Assembly (NCBI GenBank): GCA_027062325.1
Contig: JAMOTN010000026.1
Coordinates: 1 to 45,161 of the forward strand
Reading direction: 5' to 3'
Length of the DNA: 45,161 nt
Origin: a bacterium
Lineage (GTDB): Bacteria > JAMOTN01
In this document: positions 26,701 to 36,616 of the stretch, piece after piece
Numbering within the stretch: position 1 is the first letter of the stretch
Layout of the letters: each line of letters opens with the position of its first letter
Made by a program: the position numbers and the translations under genes
Notes under the pieces: generated by a model
Told to the model about the DNA's origin: nothing
What the model saw: the letters and a program-made list of their open reading frames with translations, nothing else
The model's database searches: none

Positions 26701-29700
26701 CGTGAGTTAGCTGAAGAGCATCCAGAGGAAGAGATTCTATTTTTGCTTGGAAAAACCTATCTTGAAATGGAGGAGTATGATAAAGCACTTGAGTATTTGC
26801 AAAAAGTTACTTCTCTCAATATGAGGGCAAATTACTTGTTTGAATTGGGAAGAGCTTACTATCATCTTAAAAAATACGATGAGGCGGCAGAGGTTTTGCT
26901 ACAGGTTCTAGCTGTGGATCCAGATTACTACGATGTGTATGCCTTGCTTGGAAAGGTGTATGAAGCGAAAGGAAACATGGAGGAAGCAGAGAGAATATAT
27001 GAGAAGGCTTTAAAAGTTGATGAGGATTATCAGCTCTTAGTTGCTTGCGCGCGGGTTAAGAGACGTCTTGGAAAGTTGGAAGAGGCTAAAAATTATTACT
27101 TGAAGGCTTTTTGGCAGAATCCTGCTAATCAAGAGGTAATGTTTGATCTATTGAAAGTTTTGGATGAAATGAAAGATTGGGATACGGCTTTGAAAGTTGT
27201 TGAACAGGCTATAGAAACGTTGCCTCGCAGTCCGTTGCTCCGCTATCTTGCGGGTGTTTATTCGCTGCGCTTAGGGGATACGAAGGGGGCTTATCAGTAC
27301 TTGAAAGAGGCGGTTAATTTAAATCCAGAGTATGTGGATGCGCTTTACGAGTTAGGACGCATAGCTTTAGAAGAGGGAAGACTCGTTGTGGCAAAGGAGT
27401 ATGTTGAAAGAATTCTTAAGATATTTCCAAGTAGTGGAAAAGCTCATTGGTTAAAAGCTCAGATTTTAGAAAAAGAGGGTAACAAGATTGCTCTGATAGA
27501 AGAATTAAAACAGGTTGTGAGATTGGAGCCTTCTATAATAGAAGCAAAGAAAAAGCTTGGATTTCTATATGAGGAGAGTGGTTTGCTGTCTGAAGCTGCT
27601 AGGTTATTGGAGGAGTACTGGCAACTTAGTCAAGACAGAGATGTTGCTTTGAAGTTGGCAGAGATTCATCAAAAACTTGGTAATTATGAGAGGGCGGAGT
27701 ATTATTTAGAGGTTGCCAAGAATTTTGATGAGGAGAGCGAAGAGTACAATTACAAGATGGCAAAAATGTACTTTGAGCGTCAGGATTACTCAGTAGCGTA
27801 TGAGTATGCTACAAAAGTTTGGCAGATAGCAGGAGATGAAGGCATAGTTAATAAGGGATTCTTTGGTGAGATTTTGAGAATATTAATGGTTAGTGCGTAT
27901 GCACTTGCAAAGTTTGATGAAGTTTATCAGCTTGGTAAGAGGTTTTTTGATCAAATAGTGGATAATAGGGATTTGTTGTTAAGGTACATGGAATCAGCTT
28001 ACAAGGTTGGAGATAATTCTGAGTTTTCGAGGGCTGCTATCCACTACTTTGAAAAATTTGAGGATGAAGAAAGAGCTTTGGATGTTGCAATGCGATTAAT
28101 AGAGCTGAATATGTTTGAACAGGCTTCTCAGGTGCTCAAAGAGTACAATTCGTCGCAAGCGAGAGTTTTGAGAATATATGCTCTTTGGAAAATGGGAGAG
28201 AGACAAGAGGCAAAGCATGAGATGATGTCTCTTCAAAAGGTTGTTTACTTGGATAAAATAGCTGAAATCATTGTTGAAAGTGAAGATCCGGAGCTTTACA
28301 AACGTTTTGCTAAGGTGTTTGAAGTGGCAAAAAATGCTGAAGTTTTGGAGTTAATTGCTCCGTTTGCTGAAAGAATGGGAGATGTTAAGAGGGCTTATAT
28401 TATGTATAAAAAGTTGGCTGAACATAAGCCATTTTACCTTGTAAAAGCCATAGAGACTGCAGAGCGCCTGGGTTTGGATGATGATGTAGTTCTATTGAAG
28501 AAAAAATTGATGGACGTGTCAACTGATGATCCATCTGTAAAGCTAGAGTTGGCGTCTCTCTATATAAACTCTGGAAAGGAAGATGAGGCAGCCTCCATTT
28601 TAAACACTGTTGAGTTTGATGGCTTGTCTGTGGAAGAAAAGCTGCGTTTGGCAAAAATGTTAGTTAAGTTAAAACTCTATGAAAAAGCTTTGGAAGTTGT
28701 TGATAGTATTTCGGATGATGAATACGAAGTGGTTAAAGAAAAATTGTCTTTGTTAAAGAGTGTGGATATTGAATTAGCAGTTGAATATGCACAAAAGATG
28801 CTGGAAAAATATCCAGATTTGGCTGAAGAGCTGGTAATTCTCTACATTGAGTTGGGAGATGTGAGGAGTGCTTTAGAATATGCTGAGTTTGTTAAGAATG
28901 AGGAAATAAATACTTTACTTGAAGCTATAAGAGGAGTGGAAGAGGATCCTGTTTCGGCTGCGGAGGTTTTGAAAAAGTACTACAGGGGAAATAATCTGTT
29001 GAGTTATTACTATGCTCTTTCACTGTACAAGCAGGGGAAGTATGACGAGGCAATTGAAGTTTTGGAAAAGTTGCCGGAGAAGGATAAGCGCGTTTCTTTA
29101 CTCCTTGCGCGTGTATATGCTGCTAAAGAAGATAAGGTTCAATCCTACAAGTGGCTTGATTATCACAGAGATGAGACAGATCCTGAGTGGCTGATAGTGG
29201 CGGGGGAGGTTCACAGCAAGTTTGGAGATTTGACCGAGGCTGCTAATTACTTCTCCCAAGTGGAAGAATTTGTGGAAGGAAAGGTTGAGTTGTATGAGTC
29301 TATAGCAATTGCGTTGTGGAACGTTGGGCAGTTTGACAAGGCGTTTGGTTACCTTAAGGTGGCAATGCGAGAGGAAAAGCTGACTCATACCGGTATGAGA
29401 TATCTTTTAATAGCGGCTTTGGCAGAAGTTGATAATTACCTATTTGAAAGTGTTGCGGAGAAGCTAATAGAGGGGAATTGGGAAGATAAACTTTTAGTTG
29501 CAAAGTTGAGTGCAGTCAAAGGTGAATATGAGTCGGCAATGGAACTTTTGGAAGAAGTTTTGAGACTTCAAAATAGAAATGTGAATGTGGCTATAGATGC
29601 TGCTTTTGTATATATGGGAGTTGGCATGCTTGATAGGGCTCAAGAGATAGTGGATTCGTGGCTTGGGGTTGAAGAGAACGAAAAGCTTATGGTATTAAAA

Positions 29701-32103
29701 GCTTTAATAGCAGCAAAGAGAGGAGATATTGCTCAGGCTAAGGCTTATGCTGATAAGATGATTGAGAAGTTCAAAAATATAACCGCTTATATGATGCTTC
29801 CAGAGATTTATTACGAGATGGGGATGTACGATCAGGCGGTAGCTGAGCTGAAAAAGTTAGAGCAAGAGTCTTCTGATGATAGAATAAAGCTTGCACTTGC
29901 TAAAACATACGTAAGACTTGCAGAGAAAATGGGAGAAGAGATGTTTATTGAGGAGGCTGAGAAAAAACTTGCTGAAGTTGTCAATAAAGATCATATGCTT
30001 TACAGCTTTATAAAAGCTGAGATTGCATTCTACAAAAATGACATAGAAGAAGCTGTGCGTTCCTACAAAATAGCGGTTTACAAACAGCCATTTAGCTTTG
30101 AATGTTATACCAAGTACATGGAAGTGCGTAATATATGGTTTGAGAAGAAAGTTGAGGAAAGGCTTAATTCTGCTCGAGTATTTTTAGATAAGGGTCTTGT
30201 TGAGAGCGCAAAACTTGAGTTGGAAGAGGTTTTGAAGATTGATCCTAATAACTTTACAGCAAATCTTGAGTTAGCCAAGATCTTGATAAAGGAGAATGCT
30301 CTTGAGGAAGCACTTGAACACTTAGAAAGGTGTGTTAGTTCAAATCCTGCAGCTGTTGAGGTTCGTCTTGAGTATGCGAAATTGCTGTTTAAACAAGGGA
30401 AGTTTGACAAGTCGCTTGAAGAAGTGGAAGAAGTGCTTGGACTTGATCCTACGAATGCTCAAGCGCGTCTTTTACAAGCTAAGTGCTATGAAGAGCTTGG
30501 GAGACTTGATGAAGCAGTTGAGGCTTATGAAAGTGCTGTAAGGCTTGATGGTACCCTTGTTGAGGCAGCTTTGAAAGTGGCGCGTTATTACTCGGAAAAA
30601 GGAGAAATTGAGGAAGCAAGAAAGTATTACAACATTGTATTGGCTAATGAACCGAATAACAGGGAGGCTCTAGATTGGTTGGCAAAGGTTCAGCGTTCTG
30701 AAATAGAAGAGAAGCTTACAGAGCACTTTGAAGCTGCTAGAAAATTTGAGGAAGAGGGAGAGTTGAGTAAAGCACTTTTAGAATACGAAGCAGTTGTTGA
30801 TATAGATCCGACAAATATTGAAGCACGTGAGAAGATGGCTACCATATTTGAGCAGCAGGAAGAGTACAATCAGGCAGCTTTCGAGTACGAAAGAGCTTTT
30901 GAAAATAGCGAAGGTGAGAAGAAGGTTTACTTTGCAAAGAAGATTGTTACTTCCTCTAGTAGAGCATTTGATCATGCAAGGGCAAGCCAATATTTGAAGT
31001 GGTTGTATCAAAATACGGATCTAGATTTTGCTTTCAGAGCGGCTTGGATATCAGAAATTGTAAAAGCAGCTTTTGCTGCTCCAAAAGTTGCTGCTCCAAA
31101 TTACGATGATTTGATTTCATTGTTAAAAGAAAAGGTTTCTTCTGATTCGAGCTACAATTATGATTTAGGGTATCTAATGGCCTATCTACCTACCTATACT
31201 GTTTCTGAAGATGAGATTAGAAGCAAAGGAATACATCATCTTAGGATGGTTGAAGATAAAAGAGAAGCAAAGCTTGCCCTTGCTGATGCTCTGCGTCGTG
31301 AAGAAAACTTTGATGAAGCTTTACAGATATTGGAAGAGATGTCTGAAGAAGAGGAAATATTGGTTTTAAAAGCGCATGTACTTGAAACTATGGGAGAATT
31401 CGTAAAGGCTCAGGAAGTTTATGAAAAGTTATACACTGAATATGTAGATCCAGCTTATCTTGAGAAGAAAACTAAGCTTTTAAAATACACAGTTGATCAA
31501 AATGAAAGAGAAAAGCTATTCAGACAGCAGAAGGCAAAGCTGGGAATGAAAGTTAAGAAAAATATGGAAGATCCGCTTATTCTTTTAGAATACTGTTTAA
31601 CCCTTCTTGCTCTAGCTCCTCTTATCCTTGATGAGGAGGATGTGTCCACGATAGAAGGTTATTTAAAGCAAGCAATATCTTTGGAGCCTGAGCTTAAAGA
31701 GGCATACTTTGCTTTGCGAGATTTGTATCAGCGTGAGGCTTTGAGTGGACGCAGAAAATACGAAGATGCCATGAGTATTATGTTAAAAATTGCTGAAAAG
31801 TTCAAAAATGATGCTAGAGTTAAACTTGAGCTTGGAAATACTTACAACGAGAATATAGAAAGAAATGCCAAAAACGAAGCTATAGATGCTTACAGAGAAG
31901 CTTTAAAGATAGAGCCTAACTACATAGATGCTCGTTTTAAGTTGGCAGGAGTTTACAGAATAAAGGGAATGGTTGAGGAGGCTAAGGAAGAGTATGAAAA
32001 GGTCTTAGAGATTGATCCGGCTTCTCGTTTAGCAAAAGAGGCACGCAATGCAATTGTGCACATTGAGAAGTCGCTGTCTGGTATGGATGACATAGAGTTG
32101 TAG
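23737..32103 (+). CDS. Giant tetratricopeptide-repeat protein (~2790 aa)
   Basis: Continuous ORF with dozens of TPR motifs (e.g. LGKAYLKGAKFDEALECFNQVLEREPNN); no signal peptide or enzyme motif seen; SD GAGAGGGG before ATG 23737. Confidence 0.93.
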   Translation: MGDMRKALVLYKEAKELKEKGEYEKAKSLVEQVNVFYEPLICLKKDIYHSLTMYSEYIATLEELIDASKDREVYLTEWAEFFVTVLREDFEVVPLFVKELKKELDTSSKLGPMLRLFGVYAFILPRLDPDRAVESLSHARMLAKKIQGEFPSDWIGWWAEKVVMEKLFDLGFATADEIVAVLEEAKGSFKKVKMELINIYWKTSSIDKLKDMAAGLKDEMRILAEGLIAIHEKRWGEAVERFSSIEVPAFAKYDYFVALYRSGFWQEAKRVSGEVKWSRDSIHEYVEFASEYGEEAKKELLARYSGWINSNPYYMYRLGEELPYLNSLVYKKEFKVASFLAQQAGFSSEWVRLPQVLESAIRSKDVSLLFNEFSDIERDWQCLVLALKVLKAEFADLILSRIQDWDKVNWRLKEEIAATKLEHGDIVLLDELLKDKPASKWGLLAKAIATGNLTYFEEAEEYANPQDTEFYKVALKWLKSIDLERAVDIAERIYLASKVDIEFVRLFAQLLKEAKLWEKIEIYFADNHDVYIRMFYAVALMNMNKMDELKKILEELPTTQPIYWYIKAEIEKVEELKLENYWKAYNLGLRDEEFILKFTYVLYNNGFYQEAVKILEESLDVENNVKALKIYALCIYAIGDKDKFKYYASKVAEKIKEKEVLKLLLKVYLEDEAYQVALDYANKLSTIPELDVEAYLLIAKAYWLSEKLEEAEKWIDVALEKGCESDECLEVAADIKYRLSKYEEASIIYEELSNRHPEVTAYLKRYAECMLALGKEEEALRYLEAAFDIDPADIDVVSVLTELLEGKGNWQRLVEIMTEVVGIYPEDIDFRNKLAEALENTGQLDKAISQWRWLWEKTSQLKYLVRLGKAYLKGAKFDEALECFNQVLEREPNNLEVLAEMGKMELHRGNITKAKEYFKKVLDLDPTNTVAMYELAKIYKTIGMIDEAVEILERLRGKVSGSDKVDVLKELANLYRLNGKYDEAVAVLRELAEEHPEEEILFLLGKTYLEMEEYDKALEYLQKVTSLNMRANYLFELGRAYYHLKKYDEAAEVLLQVLAVDPDYYDVYALLGKVYEAKGNMEEAERIYEKALKVDEDYQLLVACARVKRRLGKLEEAKNYYLKAFWQNPANQEVMFDLLKVLDEMKDWDTALKVVEQAIETLPRSPLLRYLAGVYSLRLGDTKGAYQYLKEAVNLNPEYVDALYELGRIALEEGRLVVAKEYVERILKIFPSSGKAHWLKAQILEKEGNKIALIEELKQVVRLEPSIIEAKKKLGFLYEESGLLSEAARLLEEYWQLSQDRDVALKLAEIHQKLGNYERAEYYLEVAKNFDEESEEYNYKMAKMYFERQDYSVAYEYATKVWQIAGDEGIVNKGFFGEILRILMVSAYALAKFDEVYQLGKRFFDQIVDNRDLLLRYMESAYKVGDNSEFSRAAIHYFEKFEDEERALDVAMRLIELNMFEQASQVLKEYNSSQARVLRIYALWKMGERQEAKHEMMSLQKVVYLDKIAEIIVESEDPELYKRFAKVFEVAKNAEVLELIAPFAERMGDVKRAYIMYKKLAEHKPFYLVKAIETAERLGLDDDVVLLKKKLMDVSTDDPSVKLELASLYINSGKEDEAASILNTVEFDGLSVEEKLRLAKMLVKLKLYEKALEVVDSISDDEYEVVKEKLSLLKSVDIELAVEYAQKMLEKYPDLAEELVILYIELGDVRSALEYAEFVKNEEINTLLEAIRGVEEDPVSAAEVLKKYYRGNNLLSYYYALSLYKQGKYDEAIEVLEKLPEKDKRVSLLLARVYAAKEDKVQSYKWLDYHRDETDPEWLIVAGEVHSKFGDLTEAANYFSQVEEFVEGKVELYESIAIALWNVGQFDKAFGYLKVAMREEKLTHTGMRYLLIAALAEVDNYLFESVAEKLIEGNWEDKLLVAKLSAVKGEYESAMELLEEVLRLQNRNVNVAIDAAFVYMGVGMLDRAQEIVDSWLGVEENEKLMVLKALIAAKRGDIAQAKAYADKMIEKFKNITAYMMLPEIYYEMGMYDQAVAELKKLEQESSDDRIKLALAKTYVRLAEKMGEEMFIEEAEKKLAEVVNKDHMLYSFIKAEIAFYKNDIEEAVRSYKIAVYKQPFSFECYTKYMEVRNIWFEKKVEERLNSARVFLDKGLVESAKLELEEVLKIDPNNFTANLELAKILIKENALEEALEHLERCVSSNPAAVEVRLEYAKLLFKQGKFDKSLEEVEEVLGLDPTNAQARLLQAKCYEELGRLDEAVEAYESAVRLDGTLVEAALKVARYYSEKGEIEEARKYYNIVLANEPNNREALDWLAKVQRSEIEEKLTEHFEAARKFEEEGELSKALLEYEAVVDIDPTNIEAREKMATIFEQQEEYNQAAFEYERAFENSEGEKKVYFAKKIVTSSSRAFDHARASQYLKWLYQNTDLDFAFRAAWISEIVKAAFAAPKVAAPNYDDLISLLKEKVSSDSSYNYDLGYLMAYLPTYTVSEDEIRSKGIHHLRMVEDKREAKLALADALRREENFDEALQILEEMSEEEEILVLKAHVLETMGEFVKAQEVYEKLYTEYVDPAYLEKKTKLLKYTVDQNEREKLFRQQKAKLGMKVKKNMEDPLILLEYCLTLLALAPLILDEEDVSTIEGYLKQAISLEPELKEAYFALRDLYQREALSGRRKYEDAMSIMLKIAEKFKNDARVKLELGNTYNENIERNAKNEAIDAYREALKIEPNYIDARFKLAGVYRIKGMVEEAKEEYEKVLEIDPASRLAKEARNAIVHIEKSLSGMDDIEL

Positions 32104-32131
32104 TAAATTAAATAGGTGGTGTTACATACTG

Positions 32132-33472
32132 ATGGCAGCTGTGAAACTGTTTCCAGTACCCCTAGGATGTCCTAGAGTAAGGAGGGAGTTTGAAGAGATA
32201 CTTGCGGGGATTGAAGCAGCAGGAGTTGAGATAACCTTTTCTCCGGAGGAAGCAGATGTTGCTTTAATGAGTAGCTGTACATTTATAACACCTGCTTTTT
32301 TAGAAAGTAAGGAGTATATGGAATGGCTTCTTAATTTTGAGAATTTAAAAAAAGTGTTTGTAGTGGGGTGTGTTGTGAGAAGAGCTTATGAAGAACTTAA
32401 AGACTATTACTATGATGAATGGATAAGTGGTAGGTTGAGATTCATAGATGTTGCTCCTGTTGATGAAGTTGTGAAGAGTGTTTTAAATGAACAGGAACTA
32501 TTGCTGGATAAGCCGTCTTCTACGATGACTATCCATAGATTTTCTCTTGATCCTCTTACCGCTCACGTAAGAATTGCGGAGGGATGTTCTAATCGTTGCA
32601 GTTACTGTATAATTCCGCATTTGAGAGGGAATGTGGTTTTTAGAAAAGCAGATGAAATTCTAAAAGATGTTGAATTACGGTTAAATGAGGGAGTAAGGGA
32701 GATAAACTTGGTGGCTCAAGATACTACAGCTTGGAGAGGGGAAAAAGGTGGTCAGGATATTGTTTGGTTGTTAAACAAACTTGAAGATGAGTTTTCAAAT
32801 TTTGTAGAGGATAAGGTGTGGTTTAGAGTTCTTTACATGTATCCAGCTAAAGTAAACGATGAATTGATAGATTTTTTGTTGAAGTCTAAATTATTTGTTC
32901 CATACTTTGACATTCCCTTTCAGCACACGAACAGTCGGATTTTGAAGGAGATGAAAAGACGCTATTCGCGTGATGATGTATTTGAATTAGTTAGTAGAAT
33001 AAGAAGAACTGCTTCAGCACATGGAAAACGGGCATTTTTAAGGAGTGCTTTTATAGTCGGGTGGCCAACTGAAACTGAGGAAGATTTTAAAAAATTTCTA
33101 GAAGATTTAAAGCTTTTAAAATTAGATAGAGCCGGATTTTTCTATTACGATCCGGATCCGTGGGCTGAGAGTTTTAAATTGGGAGACTTAGAAATTGAGG
33201 TAAAACTAGAGAGGCAGCGTAAGGCTTATGCTGTTCAAGAGTGGCTTATGGCTCAAGTTAATGAAAAGTTTGTGGGGGAAGATGGAGAGGTGTTGTTAGT
33301 AGCTTATGATACTGATAATGATTGCTTTTTGGCACGGGGATGGTTTGAACCAGATGATACAGAGGAGTACATAATAGTGGAGGCAGATGATAGTGAGTAT
33401 GAGATAGGTGACTTTGTAGTTGGAAGGTTTGATAAGATTGATGAAAGTGGAAGATTGGTCATGGTTGTGTGA
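32132..33472 (+). CDS. rimO: Ribosomal protein S12 methylthiotransferase (RimO/MiaB family)
   Basis: LGCP, SCTFI and VGC N-terminal Cys; RIAEGCSNRCSYCIIP; AQDTT; YMYP; YFDIPFQH; adjacent to pgsA. Confidence 0.85.
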   Translation: MAAVKLFPVPLGCPRVRREFEEILAGIEAAGVEITFSPEEADVALMSSCTFITPAFLESKEYMEWLLNFENLKKVFVVGCVVRRAYEELKDYYYDEWISGRLRFIDVAPVDEVVKSVLNEQELLLDKPSSTMTIHRFSLDPLTAHVRIAEGCSNRCSYCIIPHLRGNVVFRKADEILKDVELRLNEGVREINLVAQDTTAWRGEKGGQDIVWLLNKLEDEFSNFVEDKVWFRVLYMYPAKVNDELIDFLLKSKLFVPYFDIPFQHTNSRILKEMKRRYSRDDVFELVSRIRRTASAHGKRAFLRSAFIVGWPTETEEDFKKFLEDLKLLKLDRAGFFYYDPDPWAESFKLGDLEIEVKLERQRKAYAVQEWLMAQVNEKFVGEDGEVLLVAYDTDNDCFLARGWFEPDDTEEYIIVEADDSEYEIGDFVVGRFDKIDESGRLVMVV

Positions 33473-33510
33473 TTGTTTGTTTTTAAATGAAAGGAGGGAA
33501 TTTTCAGTGT

Positions 33511-34047
33511 ATGAAGCTTTTTAGCAAAGTGGCGGATATTCTAACATTTTCACGATTTGTGGGTGGATTTATTGTAGTGATTGTTTTTCCATATGCTCCT
33601 AAAGTAGCGTTTTGGCTATATGTTGCTTTTGCACTTACGGATTGGTTTGATGGATATTTTGCAAGAAAATACGGTGTTACGTTCTGGGGAAAGTTGTTTG
33701 ATCCTGTTGCTGACAAGGTTTTGCTTGTTCCAATATTTATGAAGTTTGAAGTTCCATGGTGGTTTGTGACGATATGGTTTGCCCGGGAACTTGTAGTTAT
33801 GGGATTGCGAGTTGAGATGGTCAAAAGGGGCGTTGACATAGCTGCTAAGTGGTTAGGAAAATGGAAGACTGTGTTTTTATCGCTTTATGCAGGAGGAGTT
33901 GTCTTTTTAGCAGCAAAAGTTGGAAATTCTACCTTTTGGTTTTACTTGATTAAAAGTTTTTTCTGGATTTCACTAATTCTAGTTGTGGCAAGTTTAGTGG
34001 ATTACGTTATAGCTTACAGCTCTGTTACTAGGGAGGAACATAGCTAA
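33511..34047 (+). CDS. pgsA: CDP-diacylglycerol--glycerol-3-phosphate 3-phosphatidyltransferase
   Basis: TDWFDGYFARKYGVT.WGKLFDPVADK, REL.V.GLR, AAKWLGKWKT; start may be 33487. Confidence 0.9.
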   Translation: MKLFSKVADILTFSRFVGGFIVVIVFPYAPKVAFWLYVAFALTDWFDGYFARKYGVTFWGKLFDPVADKVLLVPIFMKFEVPWWFVTIWFARELVVMGLRVEMVKRGVDIAAKWLGKWKTVFLSLYAGGVVFLAAKVGNSTFWFYLIKSFFWISLILVVASLVDYVIAYSSVTREEHS

Positions 34048-34080
34048 AAATTCAATGATGAATTAAACAATGGGTATAAA

Positions 34081-34707
34081 TTACCAACTTATCCCCCCAG
34101 TTTTGATTATCATTATTCCTTTATAAAGCAACCAGGCAGAAATTAAGAATACAAGAATATCTCCAGCTTTCATAACGTATTTGTTAGATAGGAACTTTTT
34201 GATCTCGGGTTTGACTTTTATGAGTGCAAGAAGTGCAAAAAATGGGGCAAGAAGTCCGACCGTGTAGGCTAGCATCATAACTACAGCTTTGAAAAGCTTT
34301 TGCTGCATTGCAATTGAGAGTATACTTGACAGAACTGGTCCTACACATCCTGTCCATACCATTGCCATGCCAAGACCTAATCCAAAGCCTTCGAAAAAGG
34401 AAGAAGCGGTTTTTGTATTTGTGCTGGTTTGAACTTTAAAGATTTTATGCTTGAAGATCACTGTAAGTGGCAAAACTATTCCAAGGATTACCAGTATCCA
34501 TCCCTGCCATTTGATTAGAAAAGCACCGATTGCAGAAGAGGCGGCCCCTAGCAGGACGTATACTAGTGAAAAAGCTATTACAAAACCAATGTATCCGGCG
34601 ACAGAAGCTGTAGCAAATAACCATGAGTAGACAGGAAGTAGTGGAAGAATACATGGTGAAAGTAGGGATGAGATGCCCCCTGCAAGGGCAATTAGTATTT
34701 CTTTCAC
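34081..34707 (-). CDS. ccdA: Cytochrome c biogenesis / thiol-disulfide transporter CcdA
   Basis: SLLSPCILPLLP and WTGCVGPVL redox Cys motifs, ~6 TM helices; SD AAGGAG before GTG 34707. Confidence 0.9.
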   Translation of the reverse strand: MKEILIALAGGISSLLSPCILPLLPVYSWLFATASVAGYIGFVIAFSLVYVLLGAASSAIGAFLIKWQGWILVILGIVLPLTVIFKHKIFKVQTSTNTKTASSFFEGFGLGLGMAMVWTGCVGPVLSSILSIAMQQKLFKAVVMMLAYTVGLLAPFFALLALIKVKPEIKKFLSNKYVMKAGDILVFLISAWLLYKGIMIIKTGGISW

Positions 34708-34870
34708 AACTACCACTCCTTTACTTAAGGGAACGGGTTCTAAAAAAATGATACCAAACCATTTGTAAGCTCCTCTACTTTAAAAATGAAACATTTATCG
34801 TGCGTTAGGTTAAAATTAAATGTAGAAAGGTAGTGGGTGTATTTACTTTTTGTGGGTAGGGGGTAGAAAA

Positions 34871-36607
34871 ATGATTCGATTTGTTGGAAGTGCGTTAAGA
34901 ATATTATTAATACTAGCAATTTCGACAAGTTTACTAATTGGAGCTGCTTCTCTGAAAAATATCAGCCTTGGGGATTTTAGATTTTCCCCAAATAAAGTTC
35001 ATTTAGGGCCAAATTACTTTGATGATGGAATACTCTTTGTTCTATACGCGCCACGAGCAAAGAGGGTTTCATTGGTTGGGGATTTCAATGATTGGGATGC
35101 TGTAGAGGGATTAATGGAGAAGAGTGGTGGATGGTGGTATAAGAAGGTTTATTTTCCTCAAATGAATAAAAATCCTGTTTCTTATCGTTACTACTTTGTG
35201 GTTGATGGGAAGGTTATTGGAGATCCTGCTGCAAGACAGGTGGATTGGAATGAGAAGGGGCCTTGTGGAGTTGTTTGGTGGCCCCAGAAAGTTTTTAAGT
35301 GGGAAGATGCTGATTTTCAAACTGATCATGCAAAATGGGTGATCTACGAGATACACGTTGCTGATTTTACCAAGGAAGGGACATTTAAGGCCCTTATAAA
35401 GAAGATACCGTATTTGAAAAAATTGGGAATTACAGCGGTTGAGTTGATGCCCATATTTGAGTTTCCAATGGATTACAGCTGGGGATACAATCCAGCTTAT
35501 TATTTTGCACCAGAGAAAGCTTATGGTACTCCTGATGATTTGAAAAGTTTCATAAATGAAGCCCACAAGAATGGAATAGCAGTTGTGTTGGATATGGTCT
35601 TCAATCACACTGGGCCAGAATCACCTCTCGCTAAGCTTGAAGATTGGTGGGCACCGTGTGATAAGCGTATATGGTTTGGATGCTCACCAAATCCATGGGG
35701 ATTTCCAGATTTTGATTGTTCGAAACCTGCTACTCGGCGCTTTATAGCTGAAGTTTTGGAGTATTGGGTGAAGGAGTATCACATAGATGGTATAAGGTTT
35801 GATTATATACGGGGAGTTGGTTGGGATGGTATGTGCTGGATAATGGCTCAGGCAAGAAGGATTTCTAGGAAGTATGGGCGTAATCTTTTCCTGATAGGGG
35901 AGTATCTACCTGAGGATGCAGGGGCTGTTTGGAATAGCGAAATGGATGCTGAATGGCACGATGTATTTCATGATAGAATAAAAGCTCTTTTGAGAGAGGG
36001 TGTATTTGAAGGAAATGCTCCTGATGTTGGAGCAATGGCTAGTGCTATATACGGTGATCACTATCCAAATGGTTACTGCGTTGTTAATTATGCTGAAAAT
36101 CATGATGAGGAGAGAATACTTTATGAGTGCTATACTAATGGTCTATCTCACTACTTGGCGTTAAAGAAAAGTTTTTTGGCAGCAGTGGTTGTATTAACTG
36201 CTAGAGGTGTTCCAATGCTTTGGATGGGGCAGGAGTTTGGAGTTGATAAGCCTAAAACGATTGATCAAAATAAACTTAATTGGAGTTTACTTAAGAAAAA
36301 TCGTAATTTATTTGACCACTATAAGAAACTTGTACATTTGAGAGTAAATAATCCGGCTTTAAGAGATCTTTACAATCTTGAATTTTGGAAGGTTGACAAA
36401 GATGCTAAGGTTTTGATGTGGAGAAGATGGCACGGTGTCAGTGAAGTGCTTGTGGCTGTAAATTTTGGAAGAAGAGGATATTATTTAAAGTTTGATTTGC
36501 CTCAGGGAAAGTGGAAGGATTATATTTACAATGTAGAACATAAAGGTGGAGGAGAGTTTACCTATTATTTACCTCCATATGGTTATATGGTATTGGTAAA
36601 AGAGTAA
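34871..36607 (+). CDS. GH13 alpha-amylase-family enzyme with CBM48 (branching enzyme/trehalohydrolase-like), with signal peptide
   Basis: YAPRAKRVSLVGDFNDW, IYEIHV, VELMPI, WGYNP, LDMVFNH, DGIRFD, IGE, ENHDE catalytic regions; hydrophobic N-terminus. Confidence 0.9.
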   Translation: MIRFVGSALRILLILAISTSLLIGAASLKNISLGDFRFSPNKVHLGPNYFDDGILFVLYAPRAKRVSLVGDFNDWDAVEGLMEKSGGWWYKKVYFPQMNKNPVSYRYYFVVDGKVIGDPAARQVDWNEKGPCGVVWWPQKVFKWEDADFQTDHAKWVIYEIHVADFTKEGTFKALIKKIPYLKKLGITAVELMPIFEFPMDYSWGYNPAYYFAPEKAYGTPDDLKSFINEAHKNGIAVVLDMVFNHTGPESPLAKLEDWWAPCDKRIWFGCSPNPWGFPDFDCSKPATRRFIAEVLEYWVKEYHIDGIRFDYIRGVGWDGMCWIMAQARRISRKYGRNLFLIGEYLPEDAGAVWNSEMDAEWHDVFHDRIKALLREGVFEGNAPDVGAMASAIYGDHYPNGYCVVNYAENHDEERILYECYTNGLSHYLALKKSFLAAVVVLTARGVPMLWMGQEFGVDKPKTIDQNKLNWSLLKKNRNLFDHYKKLVHLRVNNPALRDLYNLEFWKVDKDAKVLMWRRWHGVSEVLVAVNFGRRGYYLKFDLPQGKWKDYIYNVEHKGGGEFTYYLPPYGYMVLVKE

Positions 36608-36616
36608 AGTTTGTTG

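Noticed and set aside
23737-32103. TPR gene as a DNA tandem repeat, CRISPR-like array or intein host
   Set aside because: Repeats are visible only at protein level; no exact DNA repeats or splicing motifs seen
34740-34928. 62-aa minus-strand ORF between ccdA and GH13
   Set aside because: Overlaps the GH13 start and divergent promoter region; no SD, and no CxxC as expected for a CcdA partner
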